From positions 1 through 16,619 of the forward strand of contig JBDQPD010000076.1 in the NCBI GenBank assembly GCA_040260805.1: a stretch of DNA of 16,619 bases. The letters are read 5' to 3'. Positions 1 through 6,974 of the stretch are shown here, piece by piece (position 1 is the stretch's first letter; each line of letters begins with the position of its first letter). The position numbers and the translations under genes are program-made. The DNA comes from Myxococcota bacterium. Lineage in GTDB: Bacteria; Myxococcota; UBA4151. The notes under the pieces were generated by a model. That model searched no databases. It was not told the DNA's origin and saw only the letters and a program-made list of their open reading frames with translations.

Positions 1-132
1 GAAAAGGGCGAAGAAAAGGGCGAAGAAAAGGGCGAAGAAAAGGGCGAAGAAAAGGGCGAAGAAAAGGGCGAAGAAAAGGGCGAAGAAAAGGGCGAAGAAA
101 AGGGCGAAGAAAAGGGCAGTGAAAAAGGCGAT
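1..132 (+). repeat. 12-bp coding tandem repeat GAAAAGGGCGAA (EKGE): 9 perfect copies plus 2 degenerate copies
   Basis: Identical units span 1-108, followed by GAAAAGGGCAGT (109-120) and GAAAAAGGCGAT (121-132). The array may extend left of the window. Confidence 0.97.
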
Positions 133-243
133 AGCAAAGACACACCCAAAGAGGGGGATCAGCCCGGCGCTGATGCAGTTGGCGCCGCGGTTGCTGAGCC
201 AGCTGAAGAGCCGTCTGATGGATCAGAGCGAGAAGAGAAATGA
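1..243 (+). CDS. 3' end of a gene truncated by the window edge, with a low-complexity charged C-terminal tail; product unknown (position before a GltF-like gene would fit a GltE-like TPR protein, but this cannot be seen)
   Basis: Frame 1 is open from base 1 and reads (EKGE)x9-EKGS-EKGD-SKDTPKEGDQPGADAVGAAVAEPAEEPSDGSEREEK, then TGA at 241-243. It is absent from the ORF track because the start lies outside the window. Confidence 0.7.
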   Translation, partial: EKGEEKGEEKGEEKGEEKGEEKGEEKGEEKGEEKGEEKGSEKGDSKDTPKEGDQPGADAVGAAVAEPAEEPSDGSEREEK

Positions 244-317
244 TCGCTAACCACCCCCGACATTCGACCCCTTGCGCTCATCAGGGCTCTGTGTACCCTG
301 TATCAGGAGACAAACGC

Positions 318-572
318 GTGCGTGTGACTAAGACCTGGAATGCGCAGTTGCGTTGGGCTGGCCTGTTTGTCGTGGCCTTGCTGGTCTTAGCGCCAGGCCA
401 GGCGCAGGCGAAAAAGCTGGTCATCTCTGAAGCCTTTGAAATCACTGGTAAAATCCAGCGGCCACAGGCGATGTATATCCTCCAGCGGAGCAAGCTGAAC
501 CTCAAGGGTTTGCAGCTTCGACGGAGCCTAATTCCCAAGCTTCTAGAAAGTATGCGCAAACCGCCACTTTGA
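318..572 (+). CDS. Small secreted protein, GltF/CglF-like (84 aa)
   Basis: GTG at 318 is in frame with the 240..572 ORF and has AGGAGA at 305-310. A Sec signal peptide ends in AQA|KK. The mature part (EITGKIQRPQAMYILQRS...SLIPKLLES) resembles, from memory, the small GltF-type proteins of Glt clusters. It lies directly upstream of the motor genes. Confidence 0.6.
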   Translation: MRVTKTWNAQLRWAGLFVVALLVLAPGQAQAKKLVISEAFEITGKIQRPQAMYILQRSKLNLKGLQLRRSLIPKLLESMRKPPL

Positions 573-622
573 CGGGTTGCCACATAAAAGAAAGTTAACT
601 AACTAACCTTGCCTGATAATAG

Positions 623-645
623 CATGACCCAATAACTGGGTCGTG
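623..645 (+). promoter_or_regulatory. Stem-loop in the leader of the MotA/TolQ/ExbB gene
   Basis: CATGACCCA-ataac-TGGGTCGTG forms a 9-bp stem with one G-U pair. There is no U-tract. A strong RBS (AGGAGG) follows at 663-668. Confidence 0.45.
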
Positions 646-673
646 AAGGACAAGAGACGTACAGGAGGTTCTC

Positions 674-1324
674 ATGTCGGTAGTTGCCGAGTTTTATAAA
701 CAGGGTGGCACCTGGATGCATCCCATCGCATTCGTGTCGGTGGTGGTGGTCGCGGTTGTTGCGGAGCGGGTGTATTTCCTATGGTTCCGCTACAACCTAA
801 ACGCTCACAGTTTCATGGGTCAGATTCAGAAGCTGATCATGGAGAACAGTGTCGATCGAGCGATCAAGCTGTGTAACGCTGAGCAGCATGCGGCGCTTCC
901 GCGCATCGTCAAGGCCGGGTTGACCCGTGCCAACAAGGGCGAGCAGGAAATCACCAATGCGGTTGAAGAGATGGTGCTCGAGATGGCGCCGCTCATCAGT
1001 AAGCGCATGGCTTGGTTGCCGACGCTTTCATCGCTCGCAACGATGCTTGGTCTTCTTGGTACCATTATCGGTATGATCGAGGCTTTCGCCGCCGTGGCGA
1101 ACGCAGCCCCTGATCAGAAGCAAGAGATGTTGGCTAACGCTATTGCGATCGCGATGAACACCACCGCGTTTGGTCTGATGGTCGCTATTCCGACCATGTT
1201 CTTGAGCTTGATCCTCAACACCTTGGTGAAGAAGATCATGGACGAGATCGATCAGTACAGCATCAAGTTGGTGAACATGCTTGTCCTTCGTGGTCAGGGT
1301 GGAACGAACCCCCTCAACCGCTAA
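674..1324 (+). CDS. MotA/TolQ/ExbB proton-channel family protein (AglR-like)
   Basis: Three hydrophobic segments with family motifs GGxxMxPI...ER, ATMLGLLGTIIGMIEAF and IAIAMNTTAFGLMVAIP. AGGAGG RBS. Followed by two ExbD/TolR genes, as in aglRQS. Confidence 0.95.
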   Translation: MSVVAEFYKQGGTWMHPIAFVSVVVVAVVAERVYFLWFRYNLNAHSFMGQIQKLIMENSVDRAIKLCNAEQHAALPRIVKAGLTRANKGEQEITNAVEEMVLEMAPLISKRMAWLPTLSSLATMLGLLGTIIGMIEAFAAVANAAPDQKQEMLANAIAIAMNTTAFGLMVAIPTMFLSLILNTLVKKIMDEIDQYSIKLVNMLVLRGQGGTNPLNR

Positions 1325-1331
1325 GGGTATC

Positions 1332-1385
1332 TCAGGCTAAGCCTTCCTGCGCCGTTTGGTGTGGGTTTGGCTTGTACTTGTCTGA
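1332..1385 (+). promoter_or_regulatory. Intercistronic extended stem-loop between the ExbB-like and first ExbD-like genes
   Basis: Nested helices: TCAGGC(1332-1337)/GTCTGA(1380-1385), AAGCC(1339-1343)/GGCTT(1369-1373), and CCTGCGCC(1346-1353)-gttt-GGTGTGGG(1358-1365). There are four G-U pairs in total. Confidence 0.45.
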
Positions 1386-1403
1386 ATTTGTTGGAGTGAC
1401 AGC

Positions 1404-2174
1404 ATGGCACGCAAAAAGATCAAGGAAGAAGTCCCAGAGCCAAACTTGGTTCCTGTGATGAACCTGGTGATGTTGCTGATCCCGTTCTTGTTGATGGCTT
1501 CGGCCTTCTTCGAGGTGGCGATTATCAATGTCAGTGCGCCTAAGGTGGCTTCGGGGCCGAGCTCGGATGACACACCTAAAGACGATAAGCCGAAACTCAA
1601 TCTGACCGTCGTGGTCAGTGACGCTGGTTTCAAAATCTGCGCTTATGGTGGGTGTTTAGGTCCTGGTGGTGTTCGCCAAGAAGGTGGTCCGGCTAATGGT
1701 CCGGGTGCCGGCGGTGCGCCGACGGTCGCTACGAAGAAGTTCTCGCACGAGTGCCTCGACGCAACGGCTACTCCGCCGCCAGCGGCTTGTACCTTGCCGT
1801 TGTTGCAGAGTTGCCGTTCTGACGGTAGCTCGAGCCATGATTTGCCCTACCCGGAGCGCCGAGCAAAAGGGTTGGATCCGAACGGTGGCAACCGCAAGGA
1901 TTGCAACGCTGACGGTAAGGCGGACAAGGATATTTGTTCGGGTGAGGCGACGGACTGCAACTACTTGGATTTCGACTATGTGGGTCTCCGTACTCAGTTG
2001 GCCAAGTTGAAAGCAGGAGCTGAGCAGGAACGTAAGGTGATGATCATGGCCGACGAAGCGATTCCGTTTGAGGTGGTCGTTGGTGTAATGGACGCAGCAC
2101 GTGATATGAAGACCGAGAGCGGGGAGACTAAAGAGTTGTTCCCCGACGTGGTCCTTTCGCCGGGCTTCCAGTAA
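1404..2174 (+). CDS. ExbD/TolR family protein (AglQ-like position) with a Cys-rich periplasmic insertion
   Basis: N-terminal TM NLVPVMNLVMLLIPFLL and C-terminal ExbD motif VMIMADEAIPFEVVVGVMDAAR...LFPDVVL. GGAG RBS upstream. At 256 aa it is long for the family. Confidence 0.9.
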   Translation: MARKKIKEEVPEPNLVPVMNLVMLLIPFLLMASAFFEVAIINVSAPKVASGPSSDDTPKDDKPKLNLTVVVSDAGFKICAYGGCLGPGGVRQEGGPANGPGAGGAPTVATKKFSHECLDATATPPPAACTLPLLQSCRSDGSSSHDLPYPERRAKGLDPNGGNRKDCNADGKADKDICSGEATDCNYLDFDYVGLRTQLAKLKAGAEQERKVMIMADEAIPFEVVVGVMDAARDMKTESGETKELFPDVVLSPGFQ

Positions 2175-2195
2175 AGTCCGAAAGGAAGGTTTATC

Positions 2196-2795
2196 GTGAC
2201 CGAAGAACAAAACGTCGAATCGGTTGAAGAGCAGAAGACCGCAGAGTCGGTTGACGGCGCATATCCTGGATGGGGTGAGCAGCAGCCGTACGTGAGGAAG
2301 AAGAGTGGTGGCGGTAGTCGTAGTGACGACGAAGTCCCCATGCCGAACATTACGTCGCTTCTCGACGCCTTGTTCATCATCCTCGTGTTCCTCCTGAAAA
2401 GTTATTCAACCAATCCGGTCTCTGTGACCCAGAGCTCTGACCTCTCGTTGGCTTCCTCTGCGGCGCAGCTCAGTCCTAAAGACGCTGTACCGGTGATTAT
2501 CGACAAAAAGGGTATCACCGTCGACGGCGTTGAGACCATGAAGTTCGATAAGGGTGAAATTCCCGCTGACCAGGTTGCGGGTCACATCATCGCTCCGCTA
2601 TCTCAGGCGCTGCGTGATCAAGCGGAAAAACAGCGCAAATTGGCACAGTTGAATACAGATGTTAGTTTCAAGGGTGAGTTGATTTTGATCTGCGATAAAG
2701 ATCTGTCGTACAAAATCCTTCGAGACATTTTAATGACGGCAGGTGACGCGGAATACGGAAACTTCCGCTTCGCAGTGATCAAGGCATCGGGCTGA
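2196..2795 (+). CDS. ExbD/TolR family protein (AglS-like position)
   Basis: TM NITSLLDALFIILVFLLKSY keeps the conserved Asp (D57, GAC 2364-2366). C-terminal LILICDKDLSYKILRDILMTAGDAEYGNFRFAV. GTG start with AAGGAAGG upstream. Confidence 0.92.
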   Translation: MTEEQNVESVEEQKTAESVDGAYPGWGEQQPYVRKKSGGGSRSDDEVPMPNITSLLDALFIILVFLLKSYSTNPVSVTQSSDLSLASSAAQLSPKDAVPVIIDKKGITVDGVETMKFDKGEIPADQVAGHIIAPLSQALRDQAEKQRKLAQLNTDVSFKGELILICDKDLSYKILRDILMTAGDAEYGNFRFAVIKASG

Positions 2796-2826
2796 TCGCC
2801 CGCCAAAGAGAAAGGCGACGCCATCC

Positions 2827-4182
2827 ATGGGCACGAAGGTTCTCAAGGTAGCGGTCACTCAAGGAAAGAAAATCCTTGAGCAGAAGCTTATAACGGGTCG
2901 GACTTCGGTTACCGTTGGTACTGCGGCGTCCAATGTGCTGCATGTCAGCGGCGAGGGTCTGCCAGACACGTATACCCTCTTTGAAGTCGCGGGTGGTAAG
3001 TACTGCTTAAATTTCACCGAGAAAATGACAGGCAAAGTCAATGTTGGCGGTGGTCAACTTGATTTTGAGACGGCGCGCCAGCAAACCGGTGTTCGTAAGC
3101 GCGGTAATGAGTACCAGATGGTGCTCAGCGAAGCGTCCAAAGGGGCTATTGAGCTAGGCGCTGGTGGTGTTCGCGTTATCTTTCAGTTTGTGGACGCTCC
3201 TGCGGTAGCAGAGCCTGCTAAACTCGCAGATTCGACGTACAGTCCGCCTTTGCAACGTCTCGATCGTGTGTTTTGGGGATGCTTGGTTGTCTCGGCGATG
3301 CTTCACTCTGGTGGTGTCGTTGGAGCGCTCAACGCGCCGCCGCCTCCAAAGCGTACGATCACGCAGCTCCCGGATCGCTTCGCTAAGCTGATCATCAAGA
3401 AGCCGCCGAAAGTTAAGCCGGTCGAAGAGAAGAAGAAAAAGAAGCCTACGAAGGACGGTGAAAAAAAGCCTTCCGAAAAAAAGGCAGAGAAGAAAGAGCC
3501 CAAAGCCGAAAAGAAGCCAGAGAAGAAGCCTCAGACTTCCTCTCAAAAAGCAGCTCGCCGTGAGCAGGCACGTAAGCAGGTCCAGAACAGCGCAGTCTTC
3601 AAGGCGCTAGCGATCGCTACCTCTGGCGGTGGTGCTGGCGTCGTATTTCAAGCTGATGGTGACCCCAGAACTGACGTGAGCGCTGCTTTGGCTGCCTCGG
3701 GCGGTGCCGGTATCGCCTCCGCTGACGGCGCTCCTGGTGGCACCGCTCGCGGTCCTTCTGGGGGCGGCGGTCCGGTCGGTATTGGTGAAGTCGGCGGCGT
3801 GGCAGTGGGCGGCGGCGGCAGTAAGATCAAAAAACGTGCCGGTCCAAAGATCCGGGTACGCATGAAGATGAGCAAGCCCAAGATCGATGATGGCAACTTA
3901 GACGGTAAGTCGGTTGCCCGTAAGATCCGAGCCCGCAAGCGCGCCTTTCAGGCCTGCTATGAGCGTGAGTTGAAACGTAACCCATCGCTCAAGGGTAAAC
4001 TCGTTCTCGAGGTGACCGTTGGAGAGAATGGACGGGTCGCAGACATCTTTGTGGCAGACAACGCACTGAACAATGCTGTTGCGAACTGCATCAAAGGTAA
4101 AATGCGCTCGATTCGATTCCCGAAACCGGAAGGTGGAGAAGCGACCTTCTCATACCCCTTCGTCTTTGCGTCGAGCGGATAG
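2827..4182 (+). CDS. TonB/TolA-like energy transducer, GltG/PglI-type (AgmX/PglI C-terminal domain)
   Basis: Cytoplasmic beta-rich (FHA-like) N-domain, then a single TM with the TonB-type S-x3-H motif (S156/H160, SAMLH). Lys/Pro/Glu-rich and Gly-rich periplasmic linkers lead to a C-terminal domain (ACYERELKRNPSLKGKLVLEVTVGENGRV...CI...RFPKPEGG...SYPFVF). Confidence 0.85.
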   Translation: MGTKVLKVAVTQGKKILEQKLITGRTSVTVGTAASNVLHVSGEGLPDTYTLFEVAGGKYCLNFTEKMTGKVNVGGGQLDFETARQQTGVRKRGNEYQMVLSEASKGAIELGAGGVRVIFQFVDAPAVAEPAKLADSTYSPPLQRLDRVFWGCLVVSAMLHSGGVVGALNAPPPPKRTITQLPDRFAKLIIKKPPKVKPVEEKKKKKPTKDGEKKPSEKKAEKKEPKAEKKPEKKPQTSSQKAARREQARKQVQNSAVFKALAIATSGGGAGVVFQADGDPRTDVSAALAASGGAGIASADGAPGGTARGPSGGGGPVGIGEVGGVAVGGGGSKIKKRAGPKIRVRMKMSKPKIDDGNLDGKSVARKIRARKRAFQACYERELKRNPSLKGKLVLEVTVGENGRVADIFVADNALNNAVANCIKGKMRSIRFPKPEGGEATFSYPFVFASSG

Positions 4183-5111
4183 TGATGCAGCGCTTGGATC
4201 GTGCGGGCATCGAAGTCCTACTCGAAACCGAGCAGTTCAAGAGTTGGTTTGCTGAGCTAAGCGGTCTGAACCACCGTCTCGAACTGCTTGAGACCAATAT
4301 CGAACGAGCTACCGAGGCGTGTGCTGAAGCGTCCTTTCGCTGTGATTATTGGCAAGAAATGGCCGAAGAAGCGCTGCTTCGATCCGCCGACTTGGGTAAT
4401 ACCTGCCACAATCTACGGTCGGAAATAGCGTCCTTAGAAAACACGGCTTTTCAGAAGCTTGCTGAGTTTGAGCAGGTGCGTGATACGGTGACCGATCTTT
4501 GGGTTAAAATTACTGCGATCGAGCATCGGTGTGATGATCACCCCGACGAAGCGACTCGGGTTAGGGCGCGCGCTCGGTATCGTAATGAGCTCAAAAAGCT
4601 GCGCGCGTCGTATGCTGCGAGTAACGAGCAAAAAGAGGCGTTATGGCACGCAGAAGAAGCGCTCTGGATGAAGGTCGCAGAGCACACGCTGATGGTTCCT
4701 GAGATTGAGGTGCGAGCGGGCCGGCTTGAAGAGCGCTACGGGCATTTAATGCACCGGGTCGAGGGGCTTCGGCGACGTGAGGAGTCAGCGAAATCGGAGC
4801 TCGAGGATGAACGCGAGGAGCTGGCGGAAGCGCAAAAGCAGCTAGCGCAGTTACGCGCTGCGGCGCGCAGCTCATTCTCGTGCGTCTGTCATGAAAATTT
4901 TCTGTATTGGCCGGTGGGTGATGACAGCAACCTTGCGCTGGTTGTGGCGCTAACGTCTAACCCAGCCGATTATAATATTGAGGTGAAGAGTGGACACATT
5001 TATCAGTGCGAGACCGATAAGGGTGTGCGGTATCTTGAGCCCGTTAGCGTTGGATCAGCTGTTGTCGAAGAAGATGAACGGCTCAACCGCTTCTTTGAGG
5101 AGGTGGCATGA
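4182..5111 (+). CDS. Hypothetical cytoplasmic coiled-coil protein with a small C-terminal globular domain
   Basis: 309-aa ORF. GTG overlaps the upstream TAG by 1 nt (alternative ATG at 4185). Roughly aa 20-225 is E/A/L/R-rich and helical. No TM or signal peptide. The stop overlaps the next start (ATGA 5108-5111). Confidence 0.8.
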   Translation: MMQRLDRAGIEVLLETEQFKSWFAELSGLNHRLELLETNIERATEACAEASFRCDYWQEMAEEALLRSADLGNTCHNLRSEIASLENTAFQKLAEFEQVRDTVTDLWVKITAIEHRCDDHPDEATRVRARARYRNELKKLRASYAASNEQKEALWHAEEALWMKVAEHTLMVPEIEVRAGRLEERYGHLMHRVEGLRRREESAKSELEDEREELAEAQKQLAQLRAAARSSFSCVCHENFLYWPVGDDSNLALVVALTSNPADYNIEVKSGHIYQCETDKGVRYLEPVSVGSAVVEEDERLNRFFEEVA

Positions 5112-5566
5112 GCGAGACTTATGATCGCGTTGAGGTGTTGCAAGCCTCTCCTTTATTCAATGACTTACTGCCGCTAGAGAAGCAGTATTTAGCGGATCTA
5201 GCGGTTCACCGGAGCCTCGGAGCCGGTGATGTCTTGTTTGAGGCGGGCGACCTTGGCGATGCGATGTACGTCGTGGTCAGCGGCGAGCTCGTCGTTGAGG
5301 TAGGCGACGGAGGTTCGGTGCACCAGGTCGCTGTTCTAGTGGCGCCCGACTTCGTGGGAGAGATGGCGCTGATCGATAAGCAGCCGCGCGCTGCGCGCGT
5401 TCGCGCTAAATCAGACGCCGTATTGCTCGCAATTAGCCACGCTAATATTTACTCCTTTGCCCGCGTCCACCGCAGCGGTTTTACCTGGTTGGTGGTTAAC
5501 ATCGCTAAGAATTTAGCGAGCCGATTACGGTCGATGAATGAAGCGACTTTAGGTGTGGCCGACTGA
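5108..5566 (+). CDS. Stand-alone cyclic nucleotide-binding domain protein
   Basis: cNMP-domain motifs LFEAGDLGDAMYVVVSGE and the phosphate-binding cassette FVGEMALIDKQPRAA. C-helix LASRLR. At 152 aa there is no room for an HTH. GGAGG RBS. Confidence 0.93.
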   Translation: MSETYDRVEVLQASPLFNDLLPLEKQYLADLAVHRSLGAGDVLFEAGDLGDAMYVVVSGELVVEVGDGGSVHQVAVLVAPDFVGEMALIDKQPRAARVRAKSDAVLLAISHANIYSFARVHRSGFTWLVVNIAKNLASRLRSMNEATLGVAD

Positions 5567-5693
5567 GCTTTGGCCAGGTCTGAAAAAGCGATCCCTTGAA
5601 CCGTCAATTCCCTTGCCCCACTCGACGCTTTGCCAGATAGTAAGCATCTAGTCGCGGGCTTTTGTATTCCCGTGTTCGTCTGGAGCCTTTGAT

Positions 5694-6974
5694 TTGGTCA
5701 TTTTAATGAACCAACACCGCATCTTTTGGGCGGTTCTAGGCTTCGCTTTGATTGGTAGTAATGCCTACGCTGAGGGCGGCATCAAGCTGACCCCCGAGGC
5801 TCGGATGCATCCTTTGATGCAGGCGGGTTTTGCGTTTGACTCGAATCCGCACCGGTCATCCGATGCGTCGAACGCTGTGTCGGACGGCTTCATGCTCTTT
5901 CAGGGGGGGCTAGAGTTCACCCTGCCCTCGGATCGCCTCGACATCCGGATGAACAACATCATCAACTACCACCATTACTTGGGCTTGGAGTCTGATCCGC
6001 TGGTTCCGGGCGGTACCGCTCGATTGTCCACAGTCAAAGGTGGCTCTGCGATCCAGTTGCTTGGAAACAGGAGAGGTAAGTTCCGTTGGGGTCTGGCTGG
6101 AAAGCTGAACCGGATGGACGAGCCCGAACCGCTCAACTTGGGCGTGCGGCAAGGCCGCTGGTCGAGCTCGGTTGATGGGTTCACTGAGTGGCGTCCTGGT
6201 GGCGGTGCGTTGGGTCTTAAGCCGGCTGTGGGTTTAGCGATTGATTCGTATGACGAGTCGGGTGGCGAAGGAGCGAACAAGCTCGATAAGTCTTCTCCGA
6301 CGGTTCGCTTGGATCTGGACTGGCGCTTTCTCCCTCGGACTCAGTTTGTGATCAACAACCACTGGACGACGGCGACGTACGCTAACGACCCGGATGCAAA
6401 CGGTTACGCCGATCCGGTGAGTTCAGAGTTTGGTGTGATGGGGCAGGTTTCGCCAAGGCTTTCAGCGATCATCGCTGTGGGTTACTCGGGCAGTCAGTTC
6501 CTGTTGTCCGATAAAGGCGAAGCGAGTCACACGGTGTCGGGTCAAGCCGAGATCCGTTACGACGAACGCCGCAAGGTGACTTGGCGTTTAGGTGTTCGCC
6601 GACGGCTCCTTCCCGTGACCGTGTTTGGCTTTATGGCGGACAACAGCGCCTACGCTCGCTATTCTGAGAAGTTCCTTGGTGGGCTTCGGGTGGTGACACA
6701 ACTCAAAGGTAGCCTGCGAACCTTTGGAGACCAGACCTCCGCTCAAGACGTCATCAGCATCGCATCGGGTGATGCGCGTGCGGACATTACCGCAGGGTTT
6801 GACGCCAACATTCTGTGGCAACCCCAGCGATGGTGGGTTGCCGGGCTGACGAACCGTTTCGAATACTTCACAACGAACAGTCAGTTTAAGTCGGCGGGTG
6901 CAGCAGGTGACACCTTCGTAGACCCCGGGTTCGGTCGTAATCTCACGATGCTGGTGTTTGAAGCCAAGTACTAA
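5694..6974 (+). CDS. Outer-membrane beta-barrel protein, probable polysaccharide-export porin (EpsX/ExoB/WzpX-like)
   Basis: Signal peptide ending AYA|E, FDSN motif near the N-terminus, many amphipathic beta-strands and a C-terminal beta-signal LVFEAKY. Translationally coupled (TAATG) to the OPX gene. Start is TTG 5694 (GGAG at 5682-5685) or ATG 5706. Confidence 0.8.
   Translation: MVILMNQHRIFWAVLGFALIGSNAYAEGGIKLTPEARMHPLMQAGFAFDSNPHRSSDASNAVSDGFMLFQGGLEFTLPSDRLDIRMNNIINYHHYLGLESDPLVPGGTARLSTVKGGSAIQLLGNRRGKFRWGLAGKLNRMDEPEPLNLGVRQGRWSSSVDGFTEWRPGGGALGLKPAVGLAIDSYDESGGEGANKLDKSSPTVRLDLDWRFLPRTQFVINNHWTTATYANDPDANGYADPVSSEFGVMGQVSPRLSAIIAVGYSGSQFLLSDKGEASHTVSGQAEIRYDERRKVTWRLGVRRRLLPVTVFGFMADNSAYARYSEKFLGGLRVVTQLKGSLRTFGDQTSAQDVISIASGDARADITAGFDANILWQPQRWWVAGLTNRFEYFTTNSQFKSAGAAGDTFVDPGFGRNLTMLVFEAKY

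Noticed and set aside
1..132. Repeat array as a CRISPR or telomere-like element
   Set aside because: The units are contiguous 12-mers with no spacers and lie in frame within a coding tail.
272..299. Sigma-70-like promoter TTGCGC-N16-TACCCT
   Set aside because: Only 3/6 matches in each box, too weak to report without TSS data.
240..317. ATG 240 as the start of the GltF-like gene
   Set aside because: Despite the ATGA overlap, it adds 26 residues before the signal peptide, while GTG 318 has a well-spaced AGGAGA. Not fully excluded.
2310..2317. GGCGGTAG resembling an ops/RfaH element
   Set aside because: It lies inside a CDS (Gly-Gly-Ser codons), lacks the downstream nnTG, and is far from the polysaccharide genes.
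1337..2380. Antisense and alternative-frame ORFs over the ExbD genes (1337-1633, 1656-2210, 1666-2010, 1994-2380)
   Set aside because: They overlap well-supported genes and have no recognisable motifs, so they are likely shadow ORFs. The main ExbD frame is continuous, so no frameshift is needed to explain the Cys-rich insert.
5567..5693. Terminator or promoter between the cNMP and beta-barrel genes
   Set aside because: Only short imperfect inverted repeats and a weak TTGCCC-N17-GATAGT match were seen, and neither can be supported.
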